DNA of 64,000 nt. Origin: Candidatus Babelota bacterium (GTDB lineage Bacteria; Babelota; Babeliae; Babelales; CAIQNR01). The stretch is from NCBI GenBank assembly GCA_965658655.1, contig CBFHTA010000002.1, positions 32,001 through 96,000 of the forward strand, written 5' to 3'. Under the pieces are notes generated by a model. That model saw only the letters and a program-made list of their open reading frames with translations, was not told the origin of the DNA and did not search any database. A program made the translations under genes and the position numbers. Positions 1 to 10,439 of the stretch are shown piece by piece (within the stretch, counting starts at the first letter, position 1; each line of letters begins with the position of its first letter).

Positions 1-2
1 TT

Positions 3-782
3 TTGGTCACGTTTTTTTGCTGTTGGAAGAGAAACGCCAAGTTTAATAGTGGTGTCTAAGAAATCTAATCCTTCTATATCGTCGTGATTGCAAGTCCAAC
101 CACCAGAAAGCATTAGGTCACCAACGCCAGTTGTAGAGGCATCACCAATATTCAAGTCATAAGGAGAAGATGCGAGTGTGGTTGCCAGGTTACTTCCACT
201 TACAGCTATTTCTTCAGCTAGAAAACCAACAAGACGAATTAGTGCTCCACGACCAAGCATGCCCAATCGCGTAAAATCTGCAGTGCTTGTAATGTTTTTG
301 TGACTTATATTAGATATTTTAAGTTTTTTAATAGGTAGATTTGCGCTTAAGAAGAAGCCATTACAGAAGTTTTGGGTGTAAGAAAGATTTGCTTCAAACA
401 AGCTGTATTTACCATCAAACTTGATACCAATATCTGCATTTGGATGTATACCTGCACCTAAGGTCAAAGTAAAAAGATCTCCAAGCGCACCAAGTATGCC
501 ACTTGGGTCTCCGACAGCATTTACTCCTAGTGTACCGAGATGGTCAATGCCATAAATGCTAAGGGCATTTACTTTATCTTTGTTGAAGTCGTACCCTTTT
601 TTGGCACGTCCACCCATGAGTTCGAGCTCAAATGTTGCCATACAGTTTCGTTCGTAGCGAGTTTCGTGAGCAGTTTGCCCAGATCTGTGGCGAAATTTAG
701 TATTCATTTGCTTTGCGAATACTGTCATTGGAGCGAGAAGCAATGCGACGAAAAGGGCGCTATGCGAGAAGAGTTTCTTCAT
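3..782 (-). CDS. Secreted putative outer-membrane beta-barrel family protein (partial, runs off window start)
   Basis: Manual translation from ATG at 782: MKKLFSHSALFVALLLAPMTVFA signal peptide, open to the window edge. Segments GFFLSANLPI and GVGDLMLSGGW resemble GLYFRSHMPL and RLGDSTVTLGY of 20561..22111. Confidence 0.7.
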   Translation of the reverse strand, partial: MKKLFSHSALFVALLLAPMTVFAKQMNTKFRHRSGQTAHETRYERNCMATFELELMGGRAKKGYDFNKDKVNALSIYGIDHLGTLGVNAVGDPSGILGALGDLFTLTLGAGIHPNADIGIKFDGKYSLFEANLSYTQNFCNGFFLSANLPIKKLKISNISHKNITSTADFTRLGMLGRGALIRLVGFLAEEIAVSGSNLATTLASSPYDLNIGDASTTGVGDLMLSGGWTCNHDDIEGLDFLDTTIKLGVSLPTAKKRDQ

Positions 783-985
783 TCGTACTTCCTTTTTTTT
801 TGAAGGTTTATTAACTCTACTGATTTTTTCTCTCTATTAACTTTATTAGAAAATTAATAATAAAAAGTAAAGAGATTCGTTAGGTTCTCTGTGGTGTCTC
901 CTTGTATATGAAGGGTTCTTTGATATACTTTAATCATTATAGTTCTCATTCCTAATTACAACTTATCAAAAAGTCAAGGGACTCT

Positions 986-1513
986 ATGTTTGGTAAAAAG
1001 AAAGATTTTAAAGAGCCTGTTCAAGAGGGTTCAGAAAATATTGAAGAAAAAGAAATTAAAGATTCATCGATTGAGCAGACTCCAGAAGAAGAAAATGCAC
1101 TTGCTCAATTAGCACGATTGACAGCTGATTTTCAGAATTACAAAAAACGTGTAGAAAAAGATCGTGCAATGTGGATGGATCGTTCTTCTATGGATCTTCT
1201 TTTACCGTTATTGTCGGTTGTGGATGATTTTGATCGTGCGCTGCAAGATGCAGAAAAGAATAAAAATCAAGAAACGCTTCAAGAATGGATTAAGGGCTTT
1301 GCCATGATTCGTAAGGCATTGTACGATTTTCTTGCGCAACAAAAAGTAGTTGTTATTGAACAAGTACAAACGTTTGATCCATTGTTGCATGAAGCGGTTA
1401 TGCAGGTAGAGTCTGCTGATCACAAGAGTGGAGATGTTGTGCAGGTTATGCAAACCGGTTACATGTACAAAGATAAAGTTCTACGAACAGCTAAAGTAAG
1501 TGTTGCAAAATAA
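986..1513 (+). CDS. grpE: Nucleotide exchange factor GrpE
   Basis: Motifs ADFQNYKKR, FDPLLHEAV, GYMYKDKVLRTAKVSV. Confidence 0.97.
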   Translation: MFGKKKDFKEPVQEGSENIEEKEIKDSSIEQTPEEENALAQLARLTADFQNYKKRVEKDRAMWMDRSSMDLLLPLLSVVDDFDRALQDAEKNKNQETLQEWIKGFAMIRKALYDFLAQQKVVVIEQVQTFDPLLHEAVMQVESADHKSGDVVQVMQTGYMYKDKVLRTAKVSVAK

Positions 1514-2623
1514 CTACTTGATTATTGCAACAAGAAGTTCGATCACAATAAGAACAATAATGAGTGTGGAAAGTAAATCTTCTCTAATAGAGTTTACTTT
1601 GTTTTGATAAATTGAGCGTACATCTCTGATGATCTCGAGTTTTTCGTCAACAGAAGTTTTCCACGTATTAATCTCAAGTTTCTTAACAAGTAAATCATAA
1701 ACTTTTGAATAGTACGGCTCACCGGCGAGTTTAATGCTGTTGGTGAGTCGTTCTGTGATTACAGAAATTTCTACTTTAAGTTTAGAAAGTTCACTTAAAG
1801 GGTCATACAGAGTACCAATAAAAGGCAGGTATGAGTAGGGTGAAGGTTTCTGTATTGTTTGATTATAAACACTATCTAATTTACTATCGAGCAATTTATC
1901 GAAATACTGTAATTGAAGTTGTTGGATTAAGGCTTGTTCAAAAAAGTCTAATAATTCTTCTGGTTCTTTATCGTATACAAAAGCTGCTTCTGTATCGATG
2001 ATAACTAAATCTCGTTTGTAATACCCTGTGGTAGATTGCAAAATTTCTTTCATTTGGAATTCTGATATTGTTTGTTTTTCGAATCGTAGGGCAGAGGCAA
2101 TTGTTGGTCCATATTGCTTTATAAACATTGCATTAGAGGATTGCTCTGTTTGCGGTTCTATATGTGTTACCACATACGAGTTTCTATGATGAAATGTTTT
2201 AGCATGAGAGATATGGTCTTTTATTTGGTTAAGTAAATATGAAGCATCTTCTGTGCTTTTAATTTTATATTGTTCATTAAGCTTGCTGATCCTGCTTTGG
2301 AGTGTTTCTAAGGATCCTTTAAATGGTATTTTATAAATAATAGAAACTGCACCAAAGTGGTGTATGTTTGCGTATAAACATCTAGCCGTGTCAGGTGTTT
2401 GGCTGCTACATAACTCAATGGTTAGTGGCGTGTGAAAGTGTTTGAAATGTTTTGGCCAAGTGCGTGGACAGGTATGAATTGAAGGTAAAGCTTTAACCTT
2501 TTCTAGATCAACATCATCACCCATATCAAAGCCATAGAACAAATAGATTGAACCCGAAAATATATGTTCGGGTTCTTGAGAAATTTTTGTTGTGACAATA
2601 GGTTTTTTATTTTTTGTGTCCAT
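1514..2623 (-). CDS. RMD1/DUF155-like membrane-anchored protein
   Basis: 369-aa ORF with C-terminal coiled segment and terminal TM helix (EDLLSTLIIVLIVIELL); family assignment from recalled pattern. Confidence 0.55.
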   Translation of the reverse strand: MDTKNKKPIVTTKISQEPEHIFSGSIYLFYGFDMGDDVDLEKVKALPSIHTCPRTWPKHFKHFHTPLTIELCSSQTPDTARCLYANIHHFGAVSIIYKIPFKGSLETLQSRISKLNEQYKIKSTEDASYLLNQIKDHISHAKTFHHRNSYVVTHIEPQTEQSSNAMFIKQYGPTIASALRFEKQTISEFQMKEILQSTTGYYKRDLVIIDTEAAFVYDKEPEELLDFFEQALIQQLQLQYFDKLLDSKLDSVYNQTIQKPSPYSYLPFIGTLYDPLSELSKLKVEISVITERLTNSIKLAGEPYYSKVYDLLVKKLEINTWKTSVDEKLEIIRDVRSIYQNKVNSIREDLLSTLIIVLIVIELLVAIIK

Positions 2624-2641
2624 TCCTTATTATTCCTTTGT

Positions 2642-5600
2642 CTAAGATATAAATGCCTTAATGAAGTTAGTTACTTTATGACCAATTGATTTTACTGTTT
2701 CCCATAGATTAGTGAACCAGTTTTCTGTGTTTTGGGTTGTTATAGTTTCACTTGTTGATTGGTCTGAGTCTGTAGCACTAATTTTGTTACGTCTTGTTAA
2801 CGGCCTTTTTTGTTGTTGGTAATTAACAGGGCGATCAACAGGTACAAATTTTGATGATGTCGACCTTTTTTCGTCTCTATCGGTAACAGAACTTATTACA
2901 ATTGGAGTTTTAGGTTTTCGTAGCCACGATTTTATATCGCCAACAGGTGAAGTAAATCCTGTAAATCTTTCACCAATAGTTTTGCTTGAAGGCAATCCCA
3001 CTCGTGTTCCCAACGATTTGTTTCTTGGGGGTATAGGTGGTGCAAAGGTACTTGATGGTATAGCTGCAGGTACGGTTTGAGCAATGTTTTTCATTGTGGG
3101 TTTCTGTTCTTGTTTATTGTTTATAATACTATGATTTTGACGATTGTTGTCTGCATTTTCCTTTATTTGATCGTTATTATTTTTTGAATCGGTATCTTTT
3201 TGTATGTCTTCTTCTTTGATACTTCGTGGTGTAGAAGCAACTTCATCTTCTGTTCCTGTGTCTACAGGTGTAACAGTAGAACCGTTTTCGTCATCGCCAC
3301 CTCTTTCTGTCTCCTCTGAACTATCTGTATGAATAGGTCTTGGAAAACGAGGCATTGGATCTGTTAGTATATCTACTGTATCAGTATTGTCAGTATCAGT
3401 ATTGTCAGTATTAGTATTGTCAGTATTAGTATTGTCAGTATTAGTATTGTCAGTATTAGTATTGTCAGTATTAGTAGACATATTATGCGTCACTGTTACT
3501 AATGGTCTTTCTTTTGGGGTAACGGGTGGAACAACTCTTGGTGATTTTATCACTCTTCTTGGGGGGGTATAGGGGGCAATTCTTCGTTTGCTTCCAAAAA
3601 GCTCTTCGAAATATTGTATTAATTTTCCAACTCTTCCTCGACTAGGTTTCTCTATTCTTCTTAGAGGAATACGAGGAATACGTGGACAAGGGACTCCTCC
3701 TCTTTTGTCAACAACATTTGGTTTAACTTTTTTTCTGTCCCCAAAACGAAGACCAACCTTTGAAGGTTGCGCCACTCTTCTTGTATCAACATGTGGACGA
3801 CCGATTGTAGCAATATCCGGGTTAACTGGACGATTAAGACCATTTTTAAATTCTTCAACTCTTCCTCTTAGAGGAACACGTGGACGACCGACTCCTCCTC
3901 TTTTGGGAACAACATTTGGGTTAACTTTTTTTCTGTCCCTAAAACGACGACCAAACTTTGTCGGTTGCGCCGCTCTTCTTGTAGCAGCAACATCTGGGAC
4001 AACTCTTTCTGCGCCTCTAGAGAAAGGATTACTCAAAAAGTTTCTAAATTGTTCCCACATTCCTTGACTAGGTTGTTCTATGTCTCTTGGTCCAGTAGAT
4101 GGACGACCGTTTTGTTCGCTTATTGGTTGAGAAGCTTTTTTTGTACGTTTTTTTCTTTTTTTGACTTTATTCCAGTAGTTTCTGAATTTATTCATAGGGA
4201 ATTTCTTTATAGGCTTTTTAAAGTTTTTTGATGGTTCTGAAGTGCCTGTTTGTGATTCACTAGTCTTAGCTACTTTTTCTGCTTGTATCCTTCTTTTGGG
4301 AAAAATATGTGGAGTGTCGTTTGTTGGTATTTTTTTTACTTGTGTCGGTCTGGGGTTACTCTGTTTTATGCCTCCAGAAAGCCTTTCAAGGAGATTTGTT
4401 AATGCTGTAACGTTACCCTGTTCTATCTCTTCAGAAGCTTTTTTTGTACGTTTTTTTCTTTTTTTGAAGTTATTCCAGTAGTTTCTGAATTTCTTTATAG
4501 TGAATTTCTTTATAGGCTTTTTAAAGTTTTTTGATGGTTCTGAAGTGCCTGTTTGTGATTCACTAGTCTTAGCTCCTTTTCCTGCTTGTATCCTTCTTTT
4601 GGGAAAAATATGTGGAGTGTCGTTTGTTGGTATTTTTTTTACTTGTGTCGGTCTGGGGTTACTCTGTTTTATGCCTCCAGAAAGCCTTTCAAAGAAGTTT
4701 TTTAATGTTTTAACGTTACCTTGTTGTATCTCACTAATTTCAGCTACTTGGCCTGGTTGTACTGCTCTTCTTGGAGCAATATGTGGAATTTTGTCTAGTC
4801 GTATTTTTTCTTTCAGATTACGTACTTTTTGTGTTCGGTTATTATTATTAAACCATATATTTTTAAGCTCAGCAGCCTCGGCTTCAAGTAATCGAGTACC
4901 ATTATTTTTTGCATCTCGCCCAACTGATTTTCGTACTGCCGGTTGTCGCGCAGGATGAACAGGCAATGGGTTTAGTGGTTTTATTGGATCCGTAAGTGTT
5001 TTTCGTGGAAGTTGTTCAAGAATGCTTCTACGATTCTTCAGTTGTTGTATGATTCTTTTTGCAGCTTGGCGTGTTTTTGGGTGTACGCTCGCGGCACCAG
5101 TTGCTGCAAAACCTAATAATTTTACAAGTTCATCTTGGCGATCGGTAGTAAATTCTTTTATTCGTTCCAACGCAGAAGGGTTATTCTCTGTAGTTAGCAC
5201 TTTGCTGGGTTGGTCTTTATGCAGTACCAATGCTTTTGATTGGTTAGTAGCGGGTAATAGTGCTCTTCTGTTGTGTTGTTGTGTATAAAATGTTTGTAAC
5301 ATTTTTTCAAGCTCTGGTGCTAATGCTTGTGCAGCTTCTTGTGGAGTTTTTTGTCCTCCAGGGTTGAATATATTTGTTTCTAATATTTTATCTAGAAGTT
5401 TTTTTAAATCTTTTCTGTTAACAGTAATTCTTTGTGTTGGTCCTGTTTCTTTATTCTTTTGTTTAATAGGAACAAGTCCTGTTTCTTTATCTGTGTATGG
5501 TACAATTGCACTTGAACGTTGGTTTGTTGTTTGTTCAAAATAGTCCGCTAATTTATCCGCTATTTCAGCAGTGGTGGTTTGTGCTCTGTTGTATTGAGTA

Positions 5601-7762
5601 GGTGTGTTCATTGCATTTTGTAATAATTCTGCCAGTGTGGCTTCGTCAATTTTAACAATAAGTGCTCTGTTTGTTTCGTTTACTACCGGAGCGAGTGCTG
5701 TGTTTTGATTAAAAGGAATAAGTTCTTGTGCAGGATTATCAAAGGGTACAATATCGGCAGCAGGTCTTTGGTGTGGTATAACCGGTGCTTCGTCTCTCAT
5801 TGCTAACGCTTTTGGTTCGACTTCATTAAGTTTTAGTTCATCTTGGCGATCGGTAGTAAATTCTTTTATTCGTTCCCATGCAGAAGGGTTATTGTCTGTA
5901 ATTAACAATTCACTGGGTTGGTCTTTATACGGTACTAATGCTTTTGATTGATTAGTAGCGGGCAACAGTGCTCTTCTGTTGTCTTGTTGTGTATAAAATG
6001 TTTGTAACATTTTTTCAAGCTCTGGTGCTAATGCTTGTGCAGCTTCTTGTGGAGTTTTTTGTCCTCCAGGGTTGAATAGATCTGCTTCTAATGTTTTATC
6101 TAGAAGTTTTTTTAAATATTTTTTGTTAACAATAATTCTTTGTGTTGGTCCTGTTTCTTTATTCTTTTGTTTAATAGGAACAAGTCCTGTTTCTTTATCT
6201 GTGTATGGTACAATTGCACTTGAACGTTGGTTTGTTGTTTGTTCAAAATAGTCCGCTAATTTATCCGTTATTTCAGCAGTAGTGGTTTGTGCTCTGTTGT
6301 ATTGAGTAGGTGCGTTCATTGCATTTTGTAATAATTCTGCCAGTGTGGCTTCGTCAATTTTAACAATAAGTGCTCTGTTTGTTTTGTTTACTACCGGAGC
6401 GAGTGCTGTGTTTTGATTAAAAGGAATAAGTTCTTTTGCAGGACTACCAAGCTCTAATGTTTTTTGTAGGGGTGCTTTTGGATTTGCACGATATATATGC
6501 CATAACCCCTCTGGATGTTGGAAAGTTTCGGGTACAATGTGTGGTCGATTCAGTAAATCTGGATTGTTAAGTTTAATAGCTTTGGGTTGTTGTTGATAAG
6601 GAACAATCGCTTGTTGTGTAGCATGAGCAGGAGCAACAGCCATTGGTGCTGATTCCATTGGTGTTGATAGTGTAACTGCATTCGGAGTATCTAGTCTTTT
6701 TGCAATTGAGTTTGGTTGTGCAGCTGGTATTGCAATATCGTTAACTGGTGGTTGGTATGGCGTAACTTTGTCGTTTTGTTCTGCAAAGGGTGCAAGACTG
6801 GTTGGTAGATTTGGCGTTATAGCGAGTTCTCTAGGAACCTTTTCTACTGGTACAAGTGCAGCAGGTTGAGGTTGATGTGACATAACCGGTGCTTCTTGCC
6901 TAACTGCTAATGCTGTTGGCTCGGATTCATCTATAAAAGGGCGATGTGGTGTAGCAAGTGGTCGTTCAACTTCAGGAACAAAGTCATAGCCATCGTCATC
7001 TCCAAATATGCCAAAAGGAATTGTGTAGTCTGCTAAATGTTCGTTTGCATCTTTATTTTGAGCTTTTTTAGATTCTTCATTTTTTTTCTTATGATGTTTC
7101 ATAGAGGTTGATGTAATAATACCTGGATTTTTATTTTCATCATTTAAAATGTTAAGTAGTCCTTTTGAGGGTTCTGTTTCTTTTTTTAAATGATTTGCAA
7201 CGCCGCGCTCCAAGCTCTGGTTATATAACCCTGGTTGCTTGTGATCCTCAAAGAGGCGATTTAATCCTTTTGGTTTGTTTTCTTGAGGAGTTTTTTTAGC
7301 TTCCCCTCCTCCTACAACGCTTTTTTGTTCATATCCAAATAAGGTTTTAAAGAACTTGCCTAGGCTTGACTCACTCTCAGTTTGTAACGGATCTGTTCCT
7401 TCTTTATTGTCAGGATTATCATCATAATATTCTGCTGGAGCACCTAATGGATTCATAGAACTAAGTTCGCCGTTTGATTTAGAGTTGCCGTATTGAATTG
7501 TTTGAGGGTAATAAATTGGAGGTTTATAGGTGGATGCACTTTGTGGATAATTTTCGTTTTCTGAATAACCCTTTGCAGCTTTTGAGCTTGATAGAGGAGG
7601 TGTAGAAATTTTACGTACGAGAGCAGGCATATTTTTTGCCGAACGAACAGTAGGTGTACCTTGTGCTGAACGTGCAAAAACAGACATACCTCTTCCCGCA
7701 GCTGAAAATAAGCTTGTACTAGAAAATAGGGCAAGTAAAAGAACCATCCATTTTTTAACCAT
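2642..7762 (-). CDS. Giant secreted low-complexity repeat protein (~1706 aa)
   Basis: GGAGG RBS before ATG 7762, signal peptide MVKKWMVLLLALFSSTSLFS, several internal duplications. Confidence 0.85.
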   Translation of the reverse strand: MVKKWMVLLLALFSSTSLFSAAGRGMSVFARSAQGTPTVRSAKNMPALVRKISTPPLSSSKAAKGYSENENYPQSASTYKPPIYYPQTIQYGNSKSNGELSSMNPLGAPAEYYDDNPDNKEGTDPLQTESESSLGKFFKTLFGYEQKSVVGGGEAKKTPQENKPKGLNRLFEDHKQPGLYNQSLERGVANHLKKETEPSKGLLNILNDENKNPGIITSTSMKHHKKKNEESKKAQNKDANEHLADYTIPFGIFGDDDGYDFVPEVERPLATPHRPFIDESEPTALAVRQEAPVMSHQPQPAALVPVEKVPRELAITPNLPTSLAPFAEQNDKVTPYQPPVNDIAIPAAQPNSIAKRLDTPNAVTLSTPMESAPMAVAPAHATQQAIVPYQQQPKAIKLNNPDLLNRPHIVPETFQHPEGLWHIYRANPKAPLQKTLELGSPAKELIPFNQNTALAPVVNKTNRALIVKIDEATLAELLQNAMNAPTQYNRAQTTTAEITDKLADYFEQTTNQRSSAIVPYTDKETGLVPIKQKNKETGPTQRIIVNKKYLKKLLDKTLEADLFNPGGQKTPQEAAQALAPELEKMLQTFYTQQDNRRALLPATNQSKALVPYKDQPSELLITDNNPSAWERIKEFTTDRQDELKLNEVEPKALAMRDEAPVIPHQRPAADIVPFDNPAQELIPFNQNTALAPVVNETNRALIVKIDEATLAELLQNAMNTPTQYNRAQTTTAEIADKLADYFEQTTNQRSSAIVPYTDKETGLVPIKQKNKETGPTQRITVNRKDLKKLLDKILETNIFNPGGQKTPQEAAQALAPELEKMLQTFYTQQHNRRALLPATNQSKALVLHKDQPSKVLTTENNPSALERIKEFTTDRQDELVKLLGFAATGAASVHPKTRQAAKRIIQQLKNRRSILEQLPRKTLTDPIKPLNPLPVHPARQPAVRKSVGRDAKNNGTRLLEAEAAELKNIWFNNNNRTQKVRNLKEKIRLDKIPHIAPRRAVQPGQVAEISEIQQGNVKTLKNFFERLSGGIKQSNPRPTQVKKIPTNDTPHIFPKRRIQAGKGAKTSESQTGTSEPSKNFKKPIKKFTIKKFRNYWNNFKKRKKRTKKASEEIEQGNVTALTNLLERLSGGIKQSNPRPTQVKKIPTNDTPHIFPKRRIQAEKVAKTSESQTGTSEPSKNFKKPIKKFPMNKFRNYWNKVKKRKKRTKKASQPISEQNGRPSTGPRDIEQPSQGMWEQFRNFLSNPFSRGAERVVPDVAATRRAAQPTKFGRRFRDRKKVNPNVVPKRGGVGRPRVPLRGRVEEFKNGLNRPVNPDIATIGRPHVDTRRVAQPSKVGLRFGDRKKVKPNVVDKRGGVPCPRIPRIPLRRIEKPSRGRVGKLIQYFEELFGSKRRIAPYTPPRRVIKSPRVVPPVTPKERPLVTVTHNMSTNTDNTNTDNTNTDNTNTDNTNTDNTDTDNTDTVDILTDPMPRFPRPIHTDSSEETERGGDDENGSTVTPVDTGTEDEVASTPRSIKEEDIQKDTDSKNNNDQIKENADNNRQNHSIINNKQEQKPTMKNIAQTVPAAIPSSTFAPPIPPRNKSLGTRVGLPSSKTIGERFTGFTSPVGDIKSWLRKPKTPIVISSVTDRDEKRSTSSKFVPVDRPVNYQQQKRPLTRRNKISATDSDQSTSETITTQNTENWFTNLWETVKSIGHKVTNFIKAFIS
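3378..3476. repeat. 15-bp tandem repeat encoding (TNTDN)n
   Basis: About 6-7 units of gtattgtcagtatta. Confidence 0.95.
4131..4720. repeat. Intragenic tandem duplication, period 303 bp
   Basis: 4131-4417 nearly identical to 4434-4720. Confidence 0.95.
5127..6443. repeat. Intragenic duplication, period 708 bp
   Basis: 5127-5735 nearly identical to 5835-6443. Confidence 0.95.
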
Positions 7763-7990
7763 TTTAACCTCCAAAAGCCTAAATTAAGTTTATTTTGAAC
7801 TTATTTAGAGTATACCATAGATAGATCCTCAGAAACAATGGATCGGAGATGTGATACGCCGTTAAAGTATAAAAGTAACTATTCTAAGCTTAAGGTAAAT
7901 CGGATTTGAATATTATAGGGGGAGAATGATGCTGTTAGGTTTCTATATGGATTTTAAAAATAGGTTTAGAGCAAGTAAGTTAATTGTATT

Positions 7991-9811
7991 TTAGTCTTTC
8001 TTTAAAATACTTAAGAAGGCTTCTTGCGGAACTTCAACATTACCAACTTGTTTCATCCGCTTTTTGCCTTCTTTTTGTTTCTCAAGAAGTTTTCGTTTAC
8101 GACTAATATCACCACCATAACATTTTGCAGTCACGTTTTTACGCAAGGGCGCAACACGTTCACGAGCAATAATAGTAGCACCTTGTGCTGCTTGAATAAT
8201 AACTTCAAACAATTGTCTTGGAATTGCTTTCTTTAATTTAGCGGTAAGAACTCTTCCAATAGCATAGGCACTTTCTTTGTGTACAATAACTGCTAATGCA
8301 TCAACTGGACGAGTGTTTAGGAGAATGTCCATTTTGACTAAGTCTGCAGGTTCGTAGCCCGCTTCTTCATAATCAAAACTCGCATAACCAGAAGAAAGAG
8401 ATTTTATTTGATCGTAAAAATCTGTTGCAACTTCGTTGAGTGGAAGCTTGTATTTAACGATCATACGCGATTCATCAAGAGGTTCCATATTCTTTTGCTC
8501 ACCACGCTTTTTTTGACACAAGGTAAGAATGTTGCCCAAAAATTCTTTGGGAACAATAATGGTTGCGTCGATCATTGGCTCATAAATTGTTTGTATGTAG
8601 CTTCTATCAGGGAAGTCTGATGGGTTTTCTATTTCTAATTTTTTACCGTTGGTAAGCTCAAGTTCGTAGCGTACACTGGGTGCTGTAGCAATAACATTTT
8701 GGTTGTACTCTTGTTCAAGTCGTTGCTTGAATACATCCATATGCAAAAGTCCCAAAAATCCGCACCTAAAGCCAAGCCCAAGTGCAGGTGATGATTTTTT
8801 TTCTACTGTTACGCTTGCATCATTAAGTGTTAATTTTTCAATCGCATCGCGCAAGAATTCAAAGTCAGTATTTTCTATAGGGAAAATTCCGGCAAATACC
8901 ATGGGTTTTGCTTCTCTAAATCCTGGGTATGCTTCTACTGTTTGCTTGCTTAAATGAATAGTATCACCAACTTGTGCTTCTTTAACGGTTTTCATACCGG
9001 TAATAACATAGCCTACTTGGCCAGCATACAAAGCATCGGTTGGAGTTGGGCCTGGATACATAACGCCAACTTCAAGCACCTCGTAGCGCGCATTGGTTTG
9101 TGCTAAGGTGATGTTGTCACCTTTTTTTAAGGTGCCACTTTCTAACGTTACCAAACAAATAACACCACGGTACTCATCGAACCATGAATCAAAAAGAAGT
9201 GCTTTGAGGGGACTATCATTTTTTGTTTTTGGAGCGGGAATGCGCTCGATGATTGCACCGAGAATGTCGTCTATACCGAGACCTGTTTTTGCAGAAGCTA
9301 ATAAGATTTCGTCTTTTTTATAATCGAATAAAGAATCAAGCTCTCTACTTACACGGTCAGTATCTGCATTTGTCATATCAACTTTATTGATTACTGGAAC
9401 AATGGTTAAGTCTTGTTCAAATGCTAAATAAAAATTTGCCATTGTTTGTGCTTGCACTCCTTGGCATGCATCAACCAATAAGAGTGCTCCTTGGCATGCA
9501 TATAAAGAACGAGAAACTTCGTAGCTAAAATCAACATGACCTGGAGTGTCGATTAAATTAAGTAAGTATTCTTCACCTTTGTAGGTATAAACCATAGATA
9601 CTGTTTGTGCTTTTACAGTAATTCCTCGTTCTTTTTCTACTTGTAGTTTGTCTAAAAACTGTTCGTTCTTATGACGAGTAGAAAGTGTTCCTGTGACTTC
9701 TAGAAGTCTATCAGAGAGGGTTGATTTTCCATGATCAATATGAGCAATCACAGAAAAGTTGCGAATTTTGTCGGGAGTAAAAGTCTTTAATTTATCTTTA
9801 GTTAATTTCAT
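7991..9811 (-). CDS. lepA: Elongation factor 4 (LepA/GUF1)
   Basis: AHIDHGKSTL, DTPGHVDFSYEVSRSL, KCYGGDISRKRKLLEKQKEGK. Confidence 0.98.
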   Translation of the reverse strand: MKLTKDKLKTFTPDKIRNFSVIAHIDHGKSTLSDRLLEVTGTLSTRHKNEQFLDKLQVEKERGITVKAQTVSMVYTYKGEEYLLNLIDTPGHVDFSYEVSRSLYACQGALLLVDACQGVQAQTMANFYLAFEQDLTIVPVINKVDMTNADTDRVSRELDSLFDYKKDEILLASAKTGLGIDDILGAIIERIPAPKTKNDSPLKALLFDSWFDEYRGVICLVTLESGTLKKGDNITLAQTNARYEVLEVGVMYPGPTPTDALYAGQVGYVITGMKTVKEAQVGDTIHLSKQTVEAYPGFREAKPMVFAGIFPIENTDFEFLRDAIEKLTLNDASVTVEKKSSPALGLGFRCGFLGLLHMDVFKQRLEQEYNQNVIATAPSVRYELELTNGKKLEIENPSDFPDRSYIQTIYEPMIDATIIVPKEFLGNILTLCQKKRGEQKNMEPLDESRMIVKYKLPLNEVATDFYDQIKSLSSGYASFDYEEAGYEPADLVKMDILLNTRPVDALAVIVHKESAYAIGRVLTAKLKKAIPRQLFEVIIQAAQGATIIARERVAPLRKNVTAKCYGGDISRKRKLLEKQKEGKKRMKQVGNVEVPQEAFLSILKKD

Positions 9812-9907
9812 GGCCTACCAGGTAAAAAGTGAAAAACTTACTTCTAGAGTAGAAAAAGCACGTGAGATTGTCGAGTATTTGGTTTTATGAATCTGTCTTT
9901 TTAAAAC

Positions 9908-10023
9908 GAGTCATTCTGAGTGATTCCATAGGAATTGTATCAAAGGATAATAGAGAGCCATTTTTTTTACCATCCTTTGATACAGTTTTTGCTGTACTTG
10001 AGTCATTCAAAATGACTTAAGTA
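9908..10023. repeat. Nested palindromic (REP/MITE-like) element
   Basis: Perfect 13-bp IR tgtatcaaaggat 9936-9948 / atcctttgataca 9972-9984, with outer gagtcattctga / tcaaaatgactt arms. Confidence 0.6.
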
Positions 10024-10439
10024 GAAGGCTTTTTTAATGTTAAATATATGCAATAGAGTTTCAGAGATCGTAGTTTTTGTTTTTGGTTTTTCAACAAGGC
10101 GCATTTATTCGGCTTACTGTATAAAGAAGGGTTGACCTTGTCAGCCATTATTCGACAGAGTTTAATATGGAGATAATTGCTGAATTAAAACTGCGGTTTC
10201 TTTTTATGGCCCGACTGGCATCAGAGAATAGAGCAGCAATTAAAGGAGTAGTTCAAGGGTGCCGGGTAGTGTCTTATGTGAACCCTCTTCCTTCATAGTA
10301 CATTGGTGAATTTCTTTCTCTGAGCTTATTTTGGGACAGAATAATCGTGCATCCTTGTCTTATCTGCTTATTCGAGGTAATATACTCTATATTCGTCGAC
10401 TAATCGTAAGATCTGATCATTACTAAAAGGGTACAGGGT

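Noticed and set aside
540..803. Plus-strand 87-aa ORF and the many other short ORFs overlapping long genes
   Set aside because: They are antisense or alternate-frame shadows of well-supported genes; here the real gene is on the minus strand from 782.
10030..10350. Pseudogene or ncRNA in the lepA-gyrA spacer
   Set aside because: No recognisable protein motif or convincing stem set was found by eye.
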